This document shows positions 59,671 to 64,000 of a stretch of 64,000 nucleotides of DNA, piece by piece. The stretch is taken from IMG/VR virus record IMGVR_UViG_3300021400_000095, one strand, 5' to 3'. Position 1 is the stretch's first letter. The number at the start of each line of letters is the position of its first letter. The notes beneath the pieces were generated by a model that saw only the letters and a program-made list of their open reading frames with translations, made no database searches and was not told the origin of the DNA. Position numbers and translations under genes: made by a program. This stretch comes from a virus. Taxonomy: Duplodnaviria; Caudoviricetes.

Positions 59671-59675
59671 ATTCT
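59612..59675. repeat. 64-bp direct repeat copy 2
   Basis: 63/64 identical to 58675-58738. Confidence 0.9.
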
Positions 59676-60744
59676 ATTCACCAATTAGTTCAGGAATATC
59701 ATTAATTGTACAATCTTGTGGGCAACCATCAGAATCATATACCATATATTGCCCATCTTCATATACAATCATTAAATAATATTCACCATATTTTACATTT
59801 ACAAATAAATTACCTGCTGCATCTTTTTGCCAATTTTCACCATCATCAAACCATACATTTGAAATAGGTGTATTTGAATTTGATGGAACATAATTCATTT
59901 TACCTTGTTTATTCCAAACAATAACATAGCCATTAATTGCTTTATCTGAAACATCTTTGAAGTCCCTATTTCCACCAAATTGGAAATGAGTATCAACCTC
60001 ATTGTTAATCCTATCAATTAATTCTTGATTAAGCCTTGTTTGCCAAGTTTTTCCATTGTCATTTGAAATTGCAACAGGAACAACTGATGAGAAATCTCTA
60101 ATAAAACAACATGCACCATCATGACCACCATTATAAACAATTCCTCTACATCTTGTTTTGTTCATACCTGATTCACCAAGTAATCTAATAATTTCATGTG
60201 CAGGAATTGATGATTTTCTCATGTTACCAAAACTTGCCCTATCATCATGCATTACAAGATTAACTGAAGATAAAATTTTTTTTGCAATATCATCTGGAAA
60301 AATATCAACAACCTGTTGTTTAATATGCCATCTATTACCATATGTTTGTTTTGCAAGTTGCTCAGAAAATATAAGGAAATCCTGATATCCACCAAGTAAC
60401 TTAAGTTTTATAATAGATGTACCATATCCAGTTGCTTTTTCATTACTTGATTTTAAATTATATACAGAATATACACCTGCACCATACATGTTTCCACCAT
60501 TTGAATTAGTAAATTCCCTACTAAAACCATATGTGAATAATGAATCTATAACAGACATCTTTTTACCACCAACAGTCACAATAGCATCTTTTGGCCTATG
60601 GTAAAGTGTAATACCATTCATTATATCTTTGTATGTAATACCATTTTCTCTGACATTAAATTTTTCATTAATATCAGAGAAATCCATATTACTAAATGTT
60701 TCTTTTACAATGTTTTTAACATCTGTTTCTGTTAATATCATCAT
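59674..60744 (-). CDS. PARP-like ADP-ribosyltransferase-fold protein with N-terminal tag
   Basis: TLYHR...GF...GNMYGAGVYS...YG..IIK; N-terminus MMILTETDVKNIVKE. Confidence 0.55.
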   Translation of the reverse strand: MMILTETDVKNIVKETFSNMDFSDINEKFNVRENGITYKDIMNGITLYHRPKDAIVTVGGKKMSVIDSLFTYGFSREFTNSNGGNMYGAGVYSVYNLKSSNEKATGYGTSIIKLKLLGGYQDFLIFSEQLAKQTYGNRWHIKQQVVDIFPDDIAKKILSSVNLVMHDDRASFGNMRKSSIPAHEIIRLLGESGMNKTRCRGIVYNGGHDGACCFIRDFSSVVPVAISNDNGKTWQTRLNQELIDRINNEVDTHFQFGGNRDFKDVSDKAINGYVIVWNKQGKMNYVPSNSNTPISNVWFDDGENWQKDAAGNLFVNVKYGEYYLMIVYEDGQYMVYDSDGCPQDCTINDIPELIGE

Positions 60745-62359
60745 AGAAAAAATTCTTGTTAATTCTGTTAAATGATTCTGTAAATTTATTCCTAATATCA
60801 TCAATATTATCAGTATTAGAAACATTGTTTTCAGGTTGATTATTACCTGCCTGTTGAATGTTATTGTAATTCAACTGATTTTCCTGAGGTTTATTAACAA
60901 CCCTACAACCAATTTGTTTTAATGCTTTGAAGAACATCTTAACAAAACTAGCCTTATCCTTAAGCCATGACATAATACCCTCAGTAATAACTGAATTCTC
61001 TTCAAGTTTCTTTGCAATACCAAAAACAACATTCATTAATGCAGTTGCTTCCTTCTTATCATATTCATATGTTCTATGGAATCTTGTTAATGCATTGAGT
61101 GCAAGATTTGTAAGAATTAATGTAATCTGTGTTGCATTTTCAGCATATGTCTGAATATTTGAAGATTCCAAAACATTTGCCTTCTTTGTTGCATTGACTG
61201 TGCAATATGTAAGAAGATAATCTGCTAATTTGTTACCTGCATCCTGAGATTGTGTATTAGTGTCATATCCATTTGCTTCACAATATGATTCCATCCAAGC
61301 ACAAGCCTTTTCAGTTCTCTTCATCATTTCAGCACCACCTTCAACATCTTCTGGATTGTTCTGACCTCTTTCAATTTTATCTCTTTGTGCAGCAGCATTA
61401 AGTTCACCATTAAGGTTATTCAAAAGACCAATTTCAGATGTCCATTTATCTTCTTTTGCACCTGAAAGTAAATAGGTATCTCTTACATCATAACCAACAC
61501 TTCTTAAGGTAATACCACCACTCTTATTGGCTTTCATTTGAAGGTCTTGTTTTACCTGTACTGATAAATCTTGGCTGTCAGTATCTTCCCAACCATTATC
61601 ATTCTTTGCAACTTCCAAATCCTTGTCAGCAACATCTGCTTTATTAGGAACCCATACATACATAGGAAGTGGTTTTGCACCTCTCTTGATACCTCTACCA
61701 AATAATGATTTCCATTTACCGGGGGCAAGAACAAATGTTGCATCTTTATCATATGATTTAATTAATGTTGCATTTTTAATAGACAATACATGACCATAAC
61801 TTACATTACCATATACTCTGGAATAAAGTTTGATTTGTTCCAATGTAACAGGGTCATTAATTTTACTAAGATAGTTTTGCCACATTTGCATAGCATTTTC
61901 ACCTGCTTCACTATGTGCTTGGTTAATCTTTTCCTTGTTCTTTGAATAGAAACCTGTTGCAATCTCATCTTCAAGATGAAGAACCTCATCATTGTTATAT
62001 TTACCTGATTGGATAAGAACTGATTGTACTGCATTAAGGTCACCACCATCAAGCCATGAATCAATTTCACTATCAAAAACCTTGATTTGAACATGTGTAG
62101 GCTCTGCCTTGTCAATCCATGCTGTTCTTGTAATTCTGTTCTTTGAAGGGTCAGTTAATCTTGCAACAATTGCTTTTGCAGAATCAGCATCAATATTATA
62201 TAAATTAATAACCTTATATGGTTGTCTTGTCTTTAAATCTAATCCTTTTCCTGGCTGTACTGTTACAGCAATCTGACCATATTTATAATTTTTATATTTA
62301 TCAGCAGCCTTTGGTGCTTTCTGACTATTATTCTGATTTTTATAATAAGGATATGCCAT
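60716..62359 (-). CDS. Protein with ArdC-like ssDNA-binding N-domain
   Basis: LSIKNATLI...DATFV....KWKSLFGRGIKRGAKPL...YDVRDT. Confidence 0.6.
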   Translation of the reverse strand: MAYPYYKNQNNSQKAPKAADKYKNYKYGQIAVTVQPGKGLDLKTRQPYKVINLYNIDADSAKAIVARLTDPSKNRITRTAWIDKAEPTHVQIKVFDSEIDSWLDGGDLNAVQSVLIQSGKYNNDEVLHLEDEIATGFYSKNKEKINQAHSEAGENAMQMWQNYLSKINDPVTLEQIKLYSRVYGNVSYGHVLSIKNATLIKSYDKDATFVLAPGKWKSLFGRGIKRGAKPLPMYVWVPNKADVADKDLEVAKNDNGWEDTDSQDLSVQVKQDLQMKANKSGGITLRSVGYDVRDTYLLSGAKEDKWTSEIGLLNNLNGELNAAAQRDKIERGQNNPEDVEGGAEMMKRTEKACAWMESYCEANGYDTNTQSQDAGNKLADYLLTYCTVNATKKANVLESSNIQTYAENATQITLILTNLALNALTRFHRTYEYDKKEATALMNVVFGIAKKLEENSVITEGIMSWLKDKASFVKMFFKALKQIGCRVVNKPQENQLNYNNIQQAGNNQPENNVSNTDNIDDIRNKFTESFNRINKNFFYDDINRNRC

Positions 62360-62377
62360 ATTTTAAGTATTTTTCTT

Positions 62378-62417
62378 ATAAATAGTTGGTTTATATGAAA
62401 AATGTTTTGTATTTTTG
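62378..62417. promoter_or_regulatory. Divergent promoter pair: ACTATTTAT (- strand) and TATTTTTG (+ strand)
   Basis: Inverted counterpart of the 19164-19202 cassette. Confidence 0.6.
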
Positions 62418-62447
62418 TAAAAAATAAATATATAAAACAATATTGCT

Positions 62448-62705
62448 ATGTGTAAAGAAAACTTTGATAACCTTGAATTTAAGCCTTTTATAGAAACACC
62501 AGATGATGTTGCAGGATATGATGAGTTAGAAATAAATGAAGTTGCTTGTAATAGTGTTGGAATTAAATTGTTTGAATTTGACTTGAATGATGATATTGCA
62601 GATATTGCACTTGATGAAGATAAAGTTAAAGAAGTGTTCCCTGACTTTATAATCAAAGAAGGAAAAGGTTATGTACTTGGTAATGAAAATGGCTTGTACA
62701 TTTAA
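62448..62705 (+). CDS. Small acidic hypothetical protein
   Basis: ATG after TAnnTTTG element. Confidence 0.6.
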   Translation: MCKENFDNLEFKPFIETPDDVAGYDELEINEVACNSVGIKLFEFDLNDDIADIALDEDKVKEVFPDFIIKEGKGYVLGNENGLYI

Positions 62706-62755
62706 TTTTGGGAACTATATACAAGTTGTCCACAATAGGAATAGATAGACAGATT

Positions 62756-62932
62756 ATGAAGAAGATAAAAGTTGTATTGTCTGAAGGTGTATATGTTATA
62801 AAGCCAAATGATGACAACAAAGATAGTGTTGTGCTTGAATGTGACACAAGAAAAGAATGGACAGATTATTTAACAAGCCTCCCAAACCCACCAAGACACA
62901 TTGTTGTAAGTACATTGGTTCAAAATCTTTAA
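62756..62932 (+). CDS. Small hypothetical protein
   Basis: ATG 62756 (MKKIKVV); followed by hairpins. Confidence 0.45.
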   Translation: MKKIKVVLSEGVYVIKPNDDNKDSVVLECDTRKEWTDYLTSLPNPPRHIVVSTLVQNL

Positions 62933-63005
62933 TAAAGATTGGACAACAAGTATATAATTTCCTTAATTTTTATTATGTTTCACAAACATAATGTTTGAGA
63001 TGAAT

Positions 63006-63033
63006 AAAACACACATTGTAGTATGTGTGTTTT
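63006..63033 (+). terminator. Intrinsic terminator
   Basis: AAAACACACAT-loop-ATGTGTGTTTT followed by T-run. Confidence 0.65.
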
Positions 63034-63102
63034 GTTTTTTTATAGGTTTTTTTGTATTTTTGTAAAAAATGATGTCTAATGATAGACTTTAATTGAATTG
63101 TT

Positions 63103-64000
63103 ATGGCTGAAAATTTGAACAAAGAAATTACAGATGAAGTAATTGAAACATTTTTGAATGGGCATGACCCACAAGAAAGAATTGTAAATATTGAATATTC
63201 CTATAGAGATAATTTCATGAAAGTATATTATAGGAATGAAAATGACCAAAAATGTATGTCCATGGAATCATTTTACCCATTTGTTTGGGCAAGACTTGAT
63301 ACCTGTGTTTCATTGTGTGGTGGTGATAGAAAAAAATTGAAACTCCTTATGCAACAATGTGGTATTGAAGTAAAATCACTTGAATATACAACAAAAGATG
63401 GAGTTGAAATACCTGAAATGAAAGATGGTTATAGATTCATGTTCAAGGCAAGAAAACCAATGTCTTATACTGAATTCCTTGACTTCTTTAAGAAATGTGA
63501 TTTTCCAATATATTCAGATAAAAAAATAAATAACATTGAAAGACCTTTCCTGTGTGTTACACCTCAGGAACAATTTCTTATTTCCACAGGTAAAAGATTT
63601 TTTAAAGGATATGATGATTATAATCAAATCCTTAGACTTACCTTTGACTTGGAAACTGAAGGTCTTGACCCAACAAGGCATAGAATTAAACTCATTGGTA
63701 TCAAACTTAATAGACCTGTCATAATAAGAGGCAAACTATATGATAATTTTGAAAGAATATATAGACTTGAAGGAAATACTGAACAAGAAAAAAATGCATC
63801 TGAATTAAAAATTATAGATACATTCCTTAGAATTATATATACATTTAAGCCTGATGTTATTACTGCACATAATGGTGAAAACTTTGACTGGTCTTTCATC
63901 ATTGAAAGATGTAATCAACTTGGTACAGATATTGATACTGTTTCAAAACCATACTTTAAAGGAAAAACAATATATAAAAACCCAAAGGAATCAATTCTTA
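63103..64000 (+). CDS. Family B DNA polymerase, N-terminal 3'-5' exonuclease part (runs off the right edge)
   Basis: Not in ORF track; ATG 63103 open to the end; LTFDLETEGL (ExoI), PDVITAHNGENFDW (ExoII); TATTTTTG at 63055. Confidence 0.85.
   Translation, partial: MAENLNKEITDEVIETFLNGHDPQERIVNIEYSYRDNFMKVYYRNENDQKCMSMESFYPFVWARLDTCVSLCGGDRKKLKLLMQQCGIEVKSLEYTTKDGVEIPEMKDGYRFMFKARKPMSYTEFLDFFKKCDFPIYSDKKINNIERPFLCVTPQEQFLISTGKRFFKGYDDYNQILRLTFDLETEGLDPTRHRIKLIGIKLNRPVIIRGKLYDNFERIYRLEGNTEQEKNASELKIIDTFLRIIYTFKPDVITAHNGENFDWSFIIERCNQLGTDIDTVSKPYFKGKTIYKNPKESIL

Noticed and set aside
62933-63050. Possible ncRNA or tRNA in the intergenic region with two hairpins
   Set aside because: No cloverleaf or known RNA motif; a terminator plus the PolB promoter explains it
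1-64000. Stop-codon reassignment (TAG to Gln) as in Lak and some crAss-like phages
   Set aside because: Conserved genes are full length in the standard code, and TAG ends genes at natural positions (nrdD, rfbC, 32043, 40871, 57885)

Overview
Very AT-rich (roughly 25-27% GC by eye) 64 kb segment of a large T4-like (myovirus-type) jumbo phage, read in the standard genetic code. The host is probably in Bacteroidota, because TAnnTTTG promoters precede the replication genes. Contents: (1) contractile tail, baseplate and neck genes (gp6- and gp25-like wedge, hub proteins, tape measure, chaperone pair, tube, sheath, gp15/gp14-like); (2) replication, recombination and nucleotide genes (PolB, DnaB-like helicase, RNase H/5'-exonuclease, UvsX/RecA, gp32-like SSB, SNF2 helicase, tdk, nrdD/nrdG); (3) a ~10 kb glycan-synthesis cluster beside the baseplate genes, plus dispersed rmlA/B/C. 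Main observations: about nine unrelated genes (four zincin-like paralogs, two ADP-ribosyltransferase-fold proteins, a protein kinase, an AEP-like protein, one unknown) share a short LTE..I..IV.E-type terminal tag, once duplicated at 63/64 nt identity, which suggests a capsid-packaged effector set with a modular address label. CG dinucleotides are nearly absent and GATC appears avoided. There is also a probable +1 frameshift in the tail chaperone and a stand-alone UvrB/Mfd UvrA-binding domain fusion. No tRNA, rRNA or CRISPR array was seen. All functional calls come from motif recognition by eye, not database searches.
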